In this document: piece by piece, positions 48,445 through 57,813 of the stretch
How positions within the stretch are numbered: the first letter of the stretch is position 1
Layout: each line of letters begins with the position of its first letter
Source: an uncultured Acidimicrobiaceae bacterium
GTDB lineage: Bacteria; Actinomycetota; Acidimicrobiia; Acidimicrobiales; Bog-793
DNA length: 64,000 nucleotides
Direction of reading: 5' to 3'
Assembly (NCBI GenBank): GCA_963838845.1
Contig: CAWISR010000003.1
Coordinates: 384,851 to 448,850 of the forward strand
The notes under the pieces: generated by a model
Databases searched by the model: none
What the model was told of the DNA's origin: nothing
Seen by the model: the letters and a program-made list of their open reading frames with translations, nothing else
Position numbers and translations under genes: made by a program

Positions 48445-50895
48445 TCAGATTCCGACGCCGCCGGCGACGCCTGGCTTTGAACCCTGGTTGACGACGCGCA
48501 AGCGTGGGCGTCGGCGCGCTCCAGATCGTGCGCGCGTCCCGAGTTGCTGTTTCGGTGTCCTCGGTCCGTTCCACTGTGTGAAATCGAGGTGAGGGGCGGG
48601 CGCGGGAATACCAATGAAGTTCCCCTGTGCGAAGTCGCATCCGAGCGAACGGAGGAGGTCGAGAGTCTCTGCATCCTCGATCCCTTCGGCGACGACGCGC
48701 AGATCTAATGAGTGGCCGAGTTCGATCGTCGATTTGACGAGCTTCAAACTCCGCTCACGCGCCGCGGCAGACAAGGGAACGATGAAGGATCGGTCGAGCT
48801 TCATTTCGGCGACCGAGAGTTTGCCGAGATACGCAAGCGAGGTGAACCCTGCACCGAAGTCGTCGATCGACGTCTCGACGCCGATCGCGCGGAGGTGGTC
48901 GACGGCCTGCATCGATCGAGCGAAATTGCCGATGATGCTCGTCTCGGTGAGTTCAAGCACGAGCGCGTCCGCTGGGAGTTCATAGCGATCCAGTCGACCC
49001 TTGACGACGTTGATGAATCCGTCATCGAGCAGGTTCGACGCAGAGACGTTCACCGAGACGCGGATCTCATGACCTTCGGCTCGCCACGTCGCACATTGAA
49101 GGAGCGCCGAGTCGAGAACGAGCGTCGTGAGCGATGGCATCAGCACCGCTCCCTCCGCGAGAGAGAGGAATTGCAAGGGAGGGACATACCCGAGGCGCGG
49201 ATGTCTCCAGCGGATGAGCGCTTCAACGGCGGTCACCGTCCCGTCGGAGAGATCAAGTTGGGGTTGGTAGTGCAACTCGAAGAGGTTCTTTTCGACGGCG
49301 TCGCTGAGCTCCTCGATGAAGCGGAGACGGTCGCCGTCTTCGTCGAGGTTGGAGTTGTAGACGACGAAGGGAACACGTTTCGTCTTTGCCCGGTACATGG
49401 CGATGTCGGCACAGCGCATCAGGCTTGCACTGTCTTTAGCGTGTGCTGGCGCGAGGGCAATGCCGATGCTCGCGCTCACGGTCGCCTTGACCCGGTCGAT
49501 GCCGAAGGGAGCTTCGAGGCCGGCGGCGATCCGACCCGCAACCGCCTTCGCGTAGTTCGCGTCCGCTCCCTTCAGCACCGCAGCGAATTCGTCCCCGCCG
49601 AGACGGATGAGCAGATCCGACTCACCGAGGCAGGGTATGAGGCGGGGTCCGACCTCCTCGAGAAGACGATCGCCTGCGGGGTGGCCAAAGGAGTCGTTGA
49701 TCTCTTTGAAGTGGTCAAGGTCGATGAACAAGAAGGCGAGCCGAGAGTTCGGGGTGCCACCGTCGCTTCGGAAGTAGGCGTTCAGGACCTGGGTGAGATA
49801 ACGGCGGTTGCCGAGACCCGTGAGCTCGTCGATGAGCATCTGGTGGTCGCCTTCGAAGGTTTGCGCGCGCCCCAACCGAACGGTGTGGACGAGGCGGACA
49901 CCGCAGGCGACGCAAGCCGTCCCCGCCAGCCCGAGGGCGAGCGGAGTCACCGAGTGCGCCGCCCCAGCGACGAGAACCGCGATCGTCGCTCCGACGGCGA
50001 TTCCGGGCAATGCGAGTTCCGAAGCCAGGTGCGGGTGGTGCGTAGCTGACGGCACTGTCTCGGCCCACAAGGCGAGCGACAACAGGACAAAGACCACGGG
50101 CCAGGCGACGGAGTCGGCGACGGTCGCAGCGACGCTTTGTCCAAAGTAGACGTGGAGGAGGTTTGAAGGATTGCCGAGCGGCGTCACCAGGGCGGCGAAG
50201 GCGATCAGCCACCAGGACGGTTGGTGCCACCGCCGGGAGACTGCCGCCGACGCGACGACGGCGGCGAAGAACACGAGGTCACCGATCGGATAGGTGACCT
50301 TCGCGACCGTCGAGACTGTTCCGGATAACGCGGGGTGGATCACGGCACGGAGATCGACGAGTGCGAAGAGCGCGGCCGCGCCGAGTCCTGCGATGGCACC
50401 GTCGAGGAACTCCGACTTGTGAAGCCGAGGTGTGCGATCCCGCGAGAACAGGAAGATCGCGGCGAGGATCAGCGGATAAAAGCCGAGGTGCGCTAGCGAG
50501 ACGGCAGAAAGAGTCGACGCGGCAGCGCCGCGAATCTCGAGGATCGTGTGGAGCGCGTCGCCGACGCTCCAGGCCAGTATCGCGACGCCGGCGAGCAGTG
50601 AAACGCTCCGTTCGATCGGACGAGTGACGGCCCGCACGAAGCAGAAAACCGCCGCCAGGAATTCGACTCCGTCGGTGATTCCGCTGGACTCAGGCGGCGT
50701 TATCCCGAGATGTCGGCGGATAATGACGATTGCGTACCCGATGAGCAGGGCGCCGAGCGCTCCATGGGCGAGGAGTACGCGATGTGAGACTCGTTGCAGC
50801 CGTGCCTCGTCCTCCCGCTTCCCCACGGCGATGGCGATCGACGACATTGGCGATAGTCCGTTCGACTGCGTCCAATCCGACACGACGAAGGGCAA
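48445..50895 (-). CDS. Membrane-bound GGDEF-EAL (diguanylate cyclase/phosphodiesterase) protein
   Basis: About 9 N-terminal TM helices. LTGLGNRRYL...FIDLDHFKEINDSFGH...RLGGDEFA (GGDEF). ELHYQPQ...EALIRW...DDFGAG (EAL). Confidence 0.9.
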   Translation of the reverse strand: MPFVVSDWTQSNGLSPMSSIAIAVGKREDEARLQRVSHRVLLAHGALGALLIGYAIVIIRRHLGITPPESSGITDGVEFLAAVFCFVRAVTRPIERSVSLLAGVAILAWSVGDALHTILEIRGAAASTLSAVSLAHLGFYPLILAAIFLFSRDRTPRLHKSEFLDGAIAGLGAAALFALVDLRAVIHPALSGTVSTVAKVTYPIGDLVFFAAVVASAAVSRRWHQPSWWLIAFAALVTPLGNPSNLLHVYFGQSVAATVADSVAWPVVFVLLSLALWAETVPSATHHPHLASELALPGIAVGATIAVLVAGAAHSVTPLALGLAGTACVACGVRLVHTVRLGRAQTFEGDHQMLIDELTGLGNRRYLTQVLNAYFRSDGGTPNSRLAFLFIDLDHFKEINDSFGHPAGDRLLEEVGPRLIPCLGESDLLIRLGGDEFAAVLKGADANYAKAVAGRIAAGLEAPFGIDRVKATVSASIGIALAPAHAKDSASLMRCADIAMYRAKTKRVPFVVYNSNLDEDGDRLRFIEELSDAVEKNLFELHYQPQLDLSDGTVTAVEALIRWRHPRLGYVPPLQFLSLAEGAVLMPSLTTLVLDSALLQCATWRAEGHEIRVSVNVSASNLLDDGFINVVKGRLDRYELPADALVLELTETSIIGNFARSMQAVDHLRAIGVETSIDDFGAGFTSLAYLGKLSVAEMKLDRSFIVPLSAAARERSLKLVKSTIELGHSLDLRVVAEGIEDAETLDLLRSLGCDFAQGNFIGIPAPAPHLDFTQWNGPRTPKQQLGTRARSGARRRPRLRVVNQGSKPGVAGGVGI

Positions 50896-50991
50896 TGCGG
50901 TCCGGCCGTTGCCGGCCGCGGCCGATTGCCCTATCGATGTCTCCTACGGCACTTTCGCCCAGCTCATTGAGGGAAAATGCGGTCACGAACA

Positions 50992-51017
50992 GTGACGTTG
51001 CGCGCGCGCAACGTCAC
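50992..51017. promoter_or_regulatory. Perfect 26-bp palindrome GTGACGTTGCGCG|CGCGCAACGTCAC
   Basis: Read directly from the sequence. Lies 97 nt upstream of the GGDEF-EAL start and 24 nt after the stop of the small minus-strand ORF. Could be an operator or a loop-less terminator stem. Confidence 0.5.
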
Positions 51018-51040
51018 ACCGTGACGGCCGAGGCGGAGCG

Positions 51041-51337
51041 TCAGGCAGGACGGTGCCGGGGTTCCCAGTGTCGAGCCGCGGACTGGACTGCCGCGTCGGA
51101 GGTACATACCAATTCAGCGCACACTTTCACTCGAGTCGGAAACAGTCTGATCTCGGCGAGCCCAGGAGCCTCCACGGGATCCGAGGGAACGTCGAGTGCG
51201 AACGCACGGACCGTTGCGGAGGCGTCGCCGTCAGTCCTCGTTCCGAGCGGGAGCTTGCGATCCGCGCGTTGCCCGAGGCGCCTCTCGAGATCGCGCCCTT
51301 TGGACTGGGCAAGCTCGTAATAGACGGGCGGGAACAT
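51041..51337 (-). CDS. Hypothetical small protein, divergent from marR (weak)
   Basis: 98-aa sub-ORF from ATG 51337 (MFPPVYYELAQSKGRDLERRL...). GC3 only ~69% and no motif recognised. Confidence 0.25.
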   Translation of the reverse strand: MFPPVYYELAQSKGRDLERRLGQRADRKLPLGTRTDGDASATVRAFALDVPSDPVEAPGLAEIRLFPTRVKVCAELVCTSDAAVQSAARHWEPRHRPA

Positions 51338-51363
51338 CACGACCTCCAGAAGGCTTGGGGACA

Positions 51364-51412
51364 AGTTACTTGTCCAAAAGTTACTTGATAAGCAGCTTGC
51401 TGTCAAGTAACT
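51364..51412. promoter_or_regulatory. MarR-type operator candidates: AGTTACTTG x2 direct plus one inverted copy
   Basis: AGTTACTTG at 51364-51372. AGTTACTTGA at 51379-51388 and TCAAGTAACT at 51403-51412 form a perfect 10-bp inverted repeat with a 14-bp spacer. The AT-rich patch lies 35 nt upstream of the marR start. Confidence 0.6.
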
Positions 51413-51446
51413 CGCTGGAAAGTTAATTTGCGGATACACTCTCGAC

Positions 51447-51992
51447 ATGGACGACGGACCGGCGCAGCAAGTCGACTCGGCGAAGGATGAGGCAGACGAG
51501 TACGACAAGCACGCAGCGCACGCCGTAAGCATTTGGCCGGAGATCGACTTCGACGTCGAAACGATCGTGAACCGGATCTCGAAGGTTGACCGCTACGTCG
51601 AAAGGGCCGCCGTCGACACCCTCAAGGAACTCGGCCTCGCCAAGGGCGAGCTGAAGGTGCTCCTGTGCGTCAACCGGAAGGGTCGGCGTAGTCCTGGCGA
51701 AATCGCGCAGCACCTCCTCGTGTCAACCGGGACGATGACTAATCGGCTCGACAAGCTCGAGGAGGCCGGTCTCGTCAAGCGACTCCCTGATCCCGAGGAC
51801 CGCCGCGGCGTGCTTGTCGATTTGACGCCCGACGGCCGTGCGACGCTTGATCGTTACATCGCTGTCCAGGCGAAACGGGAACGGGAACTCATGAGCGCGA
51901 TGTCGAAAGAAGAGCGGATCGAGCTGGCCACGCTCCTCCGACGACTGCTCGCCTCGGTCGAAGCGAGAGCAGGCTTTTCGATCCACCACTGA
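51447..51992 (+). CDS. MarR family transcriptional regulator
   Basis: LSPGEIAQHLLVSTGTMTNRLDKLEEAGLVKRLPDPEDRRGVLVDLTPDG winged-helix signature. Confidence 0.9.
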   Translation: MDDGPAQQVDSAKDEADEYDKHAAHAVSIWPEIDFDVETIVNRISKVDRYVERAAVDTLKELGLAKGELKVLLCVNRKGRRSPGEIAQHLLVSTGTMTNRLDKLEEAGLVKRLPDPEDRRGVLVDLTPDGRATLDRYIAVQAKRERELMSAMSKEERIELATLLRRLLASVEARAGFSIHH

Positions 51993-52176
51993 ATAGTCAG
52001 GCGGCGATCGGTTCCCGGGAGGCACGCGTCTCTACCGCCGACGTTGGATTTCAGTGCCTCGCTTGCGCATCGCTACCCGTGGCGGCGCGCGTCGAGGCTC
52101 GAGAACGCAATTCATCAAGGTCAGACGAGTCGGTACTGTCTCGGGCGCAGGCGTACCTCGACCTTCGAGGAGGACC

Positions 52177-52713
52177 ATGGCGGGCCGACCACCTCTTCCT
52201 TACGAGTTCCTCCCCCCTGTTCCGAGTTTCAAGCTCACGAGCACCGATATCGCGGATGGGGAACCGCTCAAACGCGAGCAGGTGAGCGGGATGATGGGGG
52301 CAGGTGGAGAGGACATCTCGCCAGAGCTCCGGTGGTTGGGTTTCCCTGACGCCACCCGGAGCTTCGCGGTCACCGTTTACGATCCCGACGCGCCGACAGG
52401 CAGCGGGTTCTGGCACTGGGCGGTGTGCAACATCCCCGCCACGGTCACGGAACTTCGAAGAGGCGCCGGTTCGTCGAATGATGCCGGCCTTCCTGGCACC
52501 GCCGTGACCGTGCGCAATGACGCCGGACTACGAGGATATCTCGGTGCCGCACCGCCCGAGGGGCACGGCCCGCACCGTTACGTCTTCGCGGTGCATGCGC
52601 TCGACGTCGATGCGCTCGACGTCGATTCCGATGCCACACCGGCGATACTCGGGTTTAACTTGACCTTCCACACACTCGCGCGCGCCGTTCTTGTTGCGAC
52701 GTTCGAGCGCTGA
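52177..52713 (+). CDS. YbhB/YbcL (PEBP/Raf-kinase-inhibitor-like) family protein
   Basis: ATG 52177 is preceded by [26 protein letters not shown] and [13 protein letters not shown] motifs. Confidence 0.85.
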   Translation: MAGRPPLPYEFLPPVPSFKLTSTDIADGEPLKREQVSGMMGAGGEDISPELRWLGFPDATRSFAVTVYDPDAPTGSGFWHWAVCNIPATVTELRRGAGSSNDAGLPGTAVTVRNDAGLRGYLGAAPPEGHGPHRYVFAVHALDVDALDVDSDATPAILGFNLTFHTLARAVLVATFER

Positions 52714-52939
52714 CTGGTTCGGGTCGACGACCCACGAGGCCGAATGTCCGGCAGCGGGCGACGTGTCGTTCGCCGGTATGCGTCAAACCCACGGTCGGAG
52801 ACGGCGTTCTAGGTGAGTTTCATTCGTGACGTCTGCCGGTGAGGGCGAAGCCCCCGTCGACTTACCGTGCAGGTTGCGACGATGGCGACGGTTTCGTCGC
52901 CTCGTTCACGTCGCCGCTGGCAGAAGGCGGCGAGCTGGC

Positions 52940-53089
52940 ATGGCTGTGGGCAGCCGAGAACAAGTAGCTCGTAGCCACACTGCGGAATGGTCGCCAATTC
53001 TCGGAGATCGCTAAGACGTCGGCTGGACTCGGGAGGTGGTCGAGGCCATAGGCGCGCTGGACGGCCTTGCGCAGCGCAAGGTCCGGCAA
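52940..53089 (-). pseudogene. C-terminal remnant of an HhH-GPD (AlkA-type) DNA glycosylase
   Basis: PDLALRKAVQRAYGLDHLPSPADVLAISENWRPFRSVATSYLF matches the end of AlkA-like glycosylases (D.gl.ra...WRPyRs.A..yLW). An in-frame TGA lies immediately upstream, and no HhH/GPD loop occurs in any frame upstream. Confidence 0.5.
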
Positions 53090-53121
53090 TTGACGTGAAC
53101 TCGTTTCGTAGACTCAGCTTG

Positions 53122-53529
53122 ATGACGGACGTATCCCGCGTGCGCGATTGGTCCGCCATCATTGGCGCAAAGTTGTATCCAGCTTCCGAGAAGCTGAGCG
53201 ATGCGCTGTACGAGAGCGCCGACTGGAGCACGGTTCCGCCTGCGTACCGGCCGTTGCCCGTTGAGGTCGAAGACCTGGGTGCTCCGATCGCGAACGCGCT
53301 CGCCTGGTCGCTCGCTGCGAACGAGTTGAAAGAGATCAGGGATATGCCGGCGGCGGATCCCCGCGACGAGGCCGACGCTGTGGCCACGATCGTTATTCCT
53401 CGGATTCCGATGCCCGCGAGGCGGACGACTGCATATGCGGCGTGGGGCACGGCGGCGCGGCCGATGACCAAGGCACTTTGGGTCAAATTGCGCGAATACT
53501 TGGACGCCAATCCTCTGGACCTCACATAG
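53122..53529 (+). CDS. Hypothetical protein
   Basis: 136 aa from ATG 53122 (MTDVSRVRDWSAIIGAKLYP...). GC3 ~75-80% and normal composition. No motif recognised. Confidence 0.45.
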   Translation: MTDVSRVRDWSAIIGAKLYPASEKLSDALYESADWSTVPPAYRPLPVEVEDLGAPIANALAWSLAANELKEIRDMPAADPRDEADAVATIVIPRIPMPARRTTAYAAWGTAARPMTKALWVKLREYLDANPLDLT

Positions 53530-53616
53530 CCGGACAAACGTCGTCGTAAATCGCCTGGTAACGATCGGATGGCTCGAGCGCATCGGCCGGCCGTAAGGAT
53601 CTGAGCGGGGTGTGAG

Positions 53617-53687
53617 AGCGGGCGACGGGAATCGAACCCGCGTTCTCAGCTTGGGAAGCTGATGTTCTGCCTCTGAACTACGCCCGC
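53617..53687 (-). tRNA. tRNA-Gly (anticodon CCC)
   Basis: 71-nt cloverleaf: GCGGGCG-TA-GTTC-AGAGGCA-GAAC-A-TCAGC-TTCCCAA-GCTGA-GAAC-GCGGG-TTCGATT-CCCGT-CGCCCGC-T. Confidence 0.9.
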
Positions 53688-53762
53688 AATGTGGCCGGCC
53701 AATTTCGCGAGTGACGTCACAGGAACTTGACCGGGAAACCCACAGTACTCTTCGCTTCGATC

Positions 53763-54329
53763 ATGATCCTTTCCGATCGCACCATTCGCGAAGAGATCGC
53801 TGCGGGGCGGATCGTCGTCGATCCTTTCGATGAATCGTCGCTGCAGCCGTCGTCTATCGATTTGCGCGTTGACCGCTACTTCCGAGTGTTCCGCAACCAC
53901 TCCGAACGAGTGATCGACGTCAAGGTGAACCAGGAGCATCTAACCGAGCTCGTCGAAATGAACGGGGACCAACCGCTGATTCTCCATCCCGGCGAGTTCG
54001 TCCTCGGCTCGACGCTCGAGCGGGTGGCACTTTCCGAGGACCTCGTCGGGAGACTCGAAGGGAAGTCGAGCCTTGGCCGGCTCGGCTTGTTGATCCACAC
54101 AACCGCTGGCTTCGTCGATCCGGGATTCAACGGGTTTCTCACGCTCGAGCTCTCGAACGTTGCGAATCTGCCGATCACCGTCTATCCGGGAATGAAGATT
54201 GGACAAATCAGCTTCTTGCGGATGACCTCGACCGCCGACCACCCCTACGGTTCGTCAACGCTCGGGTCGAAGTATCAGAACCAGCGCGGTCCGACTCCGA
54301 GCCGATACTTCGAAAACTTCCGCGAATAG
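53763..54329 (+). CDS. dcd: dCTP deaminase
   Basis: [22 protein letters not shown]...[10 protein letters not shown]. 188 aa. Confidence 0.9.
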   Translation: MILSDRTIREEIAAGRIVVDPFDESSLQPSSIDLRVDRYFRVFRNHSERVIDVKVNQEHLTELVEMNGDQPLILHPGEFVLGSTLERVALSEDLVGRLEGKSSLGRLGLLIHTTAGFVDPGFNGFLTLELSNVANLPITVYPGMKIGQISFLRMTSTADHPYGSSTLGSKYQNQRGPTPSRYFENFRE

Positions 54330-54366
54330 GCGGATGGGCGCGCCACGCACGGGGAGATCGCGGCGG

Positions 54367-55152
54367 TTATCCCGCCTGGCGCGCGACGGCTTCTGCCGCG
54401 GCGCGGATCGCGTCGGGGTCCCCGAGATAACGCGCCGAGCGAACATGGAGCTTTTCGTCGAGGTCGTACAGACGTGGAACTCCCGTCGGGATGTCGAGGT
54501 CGACGATGTCGTCATCGGAGATGTGCTCGAGGTACTTCACCATCGCCCGCAGGCTGTTGCCGTGTGCGACGACGAGGACGGTTTTGCCTTCGAGGAGGTC
54601 CTTGGCGATGTGGTCCTCGTAGTAGGGGACCATCCTCTCGACGACGTCGGCGAGGCACTCCGCCGCGGGAAGGGCGTCGGGCGGGACATCCGCGTAGCGC
54701 GGGTCGTTGGCGGGGTGATAGGGGCTTTCGAGATCGACCGACTTGGGCGGGGTGCGATAGCCGCGGCGCCACGCCTTTACCTGTTCGGCACCGAAGCGCT
54801 CGGCCGCCTCTTTCTTATTCGTCCCCTGAAGGACGCCGTAGTGCCGCTCGTTCAGCCTCCAGTGCCGATGCACCGGCAGGTAGGTCTTGCCGGTGATGGA
54901 AAGCGCAAGGTCAGCGGTCCGGACCGCCCGGGTGAGCACCGACGTATAGACGATGTCGATATCGAGGCCGGGTTCCCCGGCGAGCAGACGCCCCGCCTCT
55001 TCCGCCTCTGCCTCGCCCTGCTCCGAAAGATCGATATCAACCCACCCGGTGAAGAGGTTGGCTGCATTCCATTCACTCTCGCCGTGACGGAGAAGGACGA
55101 GAGTGGGCACGCGGTTCAGGGTACCGACTTGTGCGCGGCCGTGACGTGGCAT
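54367..55152 (-). CDS. gpmA: 2,3-bisphosphoglycerate-dependent phosphoglycerate mutase
   Basis: LVLLRHGESEWNAANLFTGWVD active-site motif. Start is ATG 55152, or GTG 55110 for a 247-aa form. Confidence 0.9.
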   Translation of the reverse strand: MPRHGRAQVGTLNRVPTLVLLRHGESEWNAANLFTGWVDIDLSEQGEAEAEEAGRLLAGEPGLDIDIVYTSVLTRAVRTADLALSITGKTYLPVHRHWRLNERHYGVLQGTNKKEAAERFGAEQVKAWRRGYRTPPKSVDLESPYHPANDPRYADVPPDALPAAECLADVVERMVPYYEDHIAKDLLEGKTVLVVAHGNSLRAMVKYLEHISDDDIVDLDIPTGVPRLYDLDEKLHVRSARYLGDPDAIRAAAEAVARQAG

Positions 55153-55234
55153 TTCGGTCGCGCGAGCCCGGTTTTGCCGCGTCCGCGCCGCCGCCAAGTT
55201 CTGAGGGGCTCGCCGGCGCCTCTCGCGGGCAGAT

Positions 55235-55266
55235 CTTGACAATGTGCCACTCAACTTTGCTATAGT
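55235..55266 (+). promoter_or_regulatory. dnaK promoter candidate with HAIR-like HspR operator
   Basis: CTTGACA-N7-ACTCAAC at 55235-55255, versus the HAIR consensus CTTGAGT-N7-ACTCAAG. It overlaps TTGACA (55236-55241). TGcTATAGT -10 at 55258-55266. Confidence 0.55.
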
Positions 55267-55344
55267 TCTGATTGGCAAGTAAGACGAAGAGCCACGTCAG
55301 CGGATCGCTGCGGGGCCGAAAACGAGACTATGGAGGCTGCAGCG

Positions 55345-57189
55345 ATGCCAAAGGCGGTCGGAATCGACCTCGGGACGACGAACTCGGTTGTGAGCGTGCT
55401 CGAGGGGGGCGAGCCGACAGTCATCCCGAACGCGGAGGGGAACCGGACGACACCATCCGTCGTCGGCTTCGCGAAGTCCGGCGAGGTGCTCGTCGGTGAG
55501 GTCGCGAAGCGTCAGGCGATCACAAACCCCGATCGCACGGTGCGCTCGGTGAAGCGCCAGATGGGGACGAGCTGGACGATCGATATCGACGGGAAGAAAT
55601 ACACCGCCCAGGAGATCTCGGCGCGAATCCTGCAGAAGCTGAAGCGGGACGCCGAGGCCTTCTTGGGTGACACCGTCAACCAGGCTGTGATCACCGTCCC
55701 CGCGTACTTCGACGACGCGCAGCGGACGGCGACGAAAGAGGCGGGACAGATCGCCGGTCTCGAAGTGCTACGGATCATCAACGAGCCGACTGCTGCCGCG
55801 CTCGCGTACGGGCTCGACAAGGAAGGCGCCGAGCAGACGATCCTTGTTTTCGACCTCGGAGGTGGCACGTTCGATGTGTCGATCCTCGAGATCGGTGAGG
55901 GCGTGTTCGAAGTCAAGTCCACTTCGGGAAATACCCACCTCGGTGGTGACGACTGGGACCAGCGCGTCATCGACTGGTTGGTGAAGACGTTCAAGGACAC
56001 AGAGGGCGTCGATCTGTCTAACGACAAGATGGCGTTGCAGCGGCTGAAGGAAGCCGCCGAGAAGGCGAAGATCGAACTCTCCGCGGTCCAAGAGACGACG
56101 ATCAACCTCCCGTTCATCACGGCGACGTCCGAGGGGCCGAAGCACCTCGACTTGAAGTTGACACGCTCGAAGTTCCAGGAACTGACCGAAGACCTCGTGC
56201 AGGCGTGTCGTGGTCCATTCGATCAGGCGATCAAAGACGCAGGTCTTTCGAAGTCTGACCTCGACCACGTGATCCTCGTCGGCGGAGCGACGCGTATGCC
56301 GGCGATCCAGGAGCTCGTTGTGGAGCTCACCGGCAAAGAGCCGCACAAGGGTGTGAACCCCGACGAGGTCGTTGCGGTCGGCGCAGCCATCCAAGCGGGT
56401 GTGCTGAAGGGCGAGGTGAAAGACGTTCTTCTCCTCGACGTGACGCCGCTCAGCCTCGGGATCGAGACGAAGGGCGGGATCATGCACCGGTTGATCGAGC
56501 GCAACTCGACGATCCCGACGAAGCGCTCCGAGGTGTTCACAACCGCCGAGGACAACCAGCCCTCCGTCGAGATCCACGTGCTCCAGGGCGAGCGCGAGAT
56601 GGCGATGTACAACAAGACGCTCGGCAAGTTCCAACTTGTCGACCTGCCGCCTGCACCCCAGGGCGTTCCGCAGATCGAGGTGACTTTCGACATCGATGCG
56701 AACGGCATCGTCCACGTCTCGGCGAAAGACCGCGCGACGGGCAAGGAACAGTCGATGACGATCACCGGCCAGACCTCGCTGCCCCGCGACGAGATCGAGC
56801 AGATGATCCGCGACGCGGAAGCGCACGCTGAGGACGACCGCCGTCGACGCGACGAAGCAGAGACGCGCAACAACGCCGACACCCTCGTGCACCGGACGGA
56901 GAAGCTCTTGAAAGACGAGGGCTCGAAATTCACCGGTGATGAGAAGGACCGTGTCGAAAGCGCCCTGAAGGCGTTGAAGGACGCGCTCGCAGGCACCGAC
57001 ATCGAGGCGATCAAATCCGCGTCGGATGCGCTGTTGTCCGCATCGCAAGCCTTTGCGCAGCGTCTGTACGAGCAGGCCTCGCAGACGGCCGCGGCGCCGG
57101 GATCCGACGGCTCGACCGGGTCCGGGGGTTCGGATGAGGACGTCGTCGACGCCGAGGTCGTTGACGACGCCGGCTCAGCTGAGGCATGA
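55345..57189 (+). CDS. dnaK: Chaperone DnaK (Hsp70)
   Basis: [21 protein letters not shown] lies 8 nt upstream of ATG 55345. Confidence 0.97.
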   Translation: MPKAVGIDLGTTNSVVSVLEGGEPTVIPNAEGNRTTPSVVGFAKSGEVLVGEVAKRQAITNPDRTVRSVKRQMGTSWTIDIDGKKYTAQEISARILQKLKRDAEAFLGDTVNQAVITVPAYFDDAQRTATKEAGQIAGLEVLRIINEPTAAALAYGLDKEGAEQTILVFDLGGGTFDVSILEIGEGVFEVKSTSGNTHLGGDDWDQRVIDWLVKTFKDTEGVDLSNDKMALQRLKEAAEKAKIELSAVQETTINLPFITATSEGPKHLDLKLTRSKFQELTEDLVQACRGPFDQAIKDAGLSKSDLDHVILVGGATRMPAIQELVVELTGKEPHKGVNPDEVVAVGAAIQAGVLKGEVKDVLLLDVTPLSLGIETKGGIMHRLIERNSTIPTKRSEVFTTAEDNQPSVEIHVLQGEREMAMYNKTLGKFQLVDLPPAPQGVPQIEVTFDIDANGIVHVSAKDRATGKEQSMTITGQTSLPRDEIEQMIRDAEAHAEDDRRRRDEAETRNNADTLVHRTEKLLKDEGSKFTGDEKDRVESALKALKDALAGTDIEAIKSASDALLSASQAFAQRLYEQASQTAAAPGSDGSTGSGGSDEDVVDAEVVDDAGSAEA

Positions 57190-57806
57190 GCGGGAACCGA
57201 CGCCTCGCCGACCAGCCAGACGATCAGAACCCTGAGGGCGAGGCGCAGGAGACGCTCGGCGGGACCGCCGAGGACGAGGTCGCGAAATCAGAGGTGAGCG
57301 AGTCGACCGGACGCGAAGGGGAGCGCGTACCGGTCGATCCGGTGGCCGCGCAGCGCGATGAGTACCGCGAGATGTTGCAACGTCTGCAGGCCGAGTTCGA
57401 GAACTACCGTAAGCGGACGATCCGTCAGCAGACGGACCTGTTGCAGCGGGCCTCGGAAGGTCTCATCGAAAAGCTGCTTCCGGTCCTCGACGCGCTCGAC
57501 CTCGCCCTCGCGCACTCCGAGAACGACGGGGCCGATGGTGATCAGCTGAAAAAGGCGCTCACACAGATCGACGCCTTGATGCGCAAGGTCCTCGCACAAG
57601 AAGGGCTCGAGCGGATCGACGAATCCGGCGTCGCGTTCGACACGGCGATTCACGACGCGGTGGCCCACGTCCCCGCCGAATCCCCCGAGGAGGATGAGGG
57701 AACGACGGGGAAGGTCGATCATGGACGCGTGATCGAGGTCATGCGCGCCGGTTATCGGTTGCACGGACGCGTCCTGCGTCCGGCGATGGTGAAAGTGGAG
57801 GGCTGA
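57186..57806 (+). CDS. grpE: Nucleotide exchange factor GrpE
   Basis: [11 protein letters not shown] motif. ATGA overlap with dnaK. Confidence 0.9.
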   Translation: MSGNRRLADQPDDQNPEGEAQETLGGTAEDEVAKSEVSESTGREGERVPVDPVAAQRDEYREMLQRLQAEFENYRKRTIRQQTDLLQRASEGLIEKLLPVLDALDLALAHSENDGADGDQLKKALTQIDALMRKVLAQEGLERIDESGVAFDTAIHDAVAHVPAESPEEDEGTTGKVDHGRVIEVMRAGYRLHGRVLRPAMVKVEG

Positions 57807-57813
57807 GGCCCGC

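Noticed and set aside
53399-53418. Partial similarity to the 3' half of tRNA-Gly, as a possible att repeat
   Set aside because: Only about 13 of 18 matches. It is in inverted rather than direct orientation and lies inside a plausible coding frame.
52809-53537. 242-aa minus-strand ORF as the possible missing body of the AlkA-like glycosylase
   Set aside because: It is in a different frame from the glycosylase tail and Ser/Ala-rich. Its LAGIGIRG stretch is ~110 codons from the tail instead of ~25, so it is not the HhH motif. It is antisense to a plus-strand ORF with better GC3.
55768-57048. 426-aa and 263-aa minus-strand ORFs inside dnaK
   Set aside because: Antisense shadows of a highly conserved gene.
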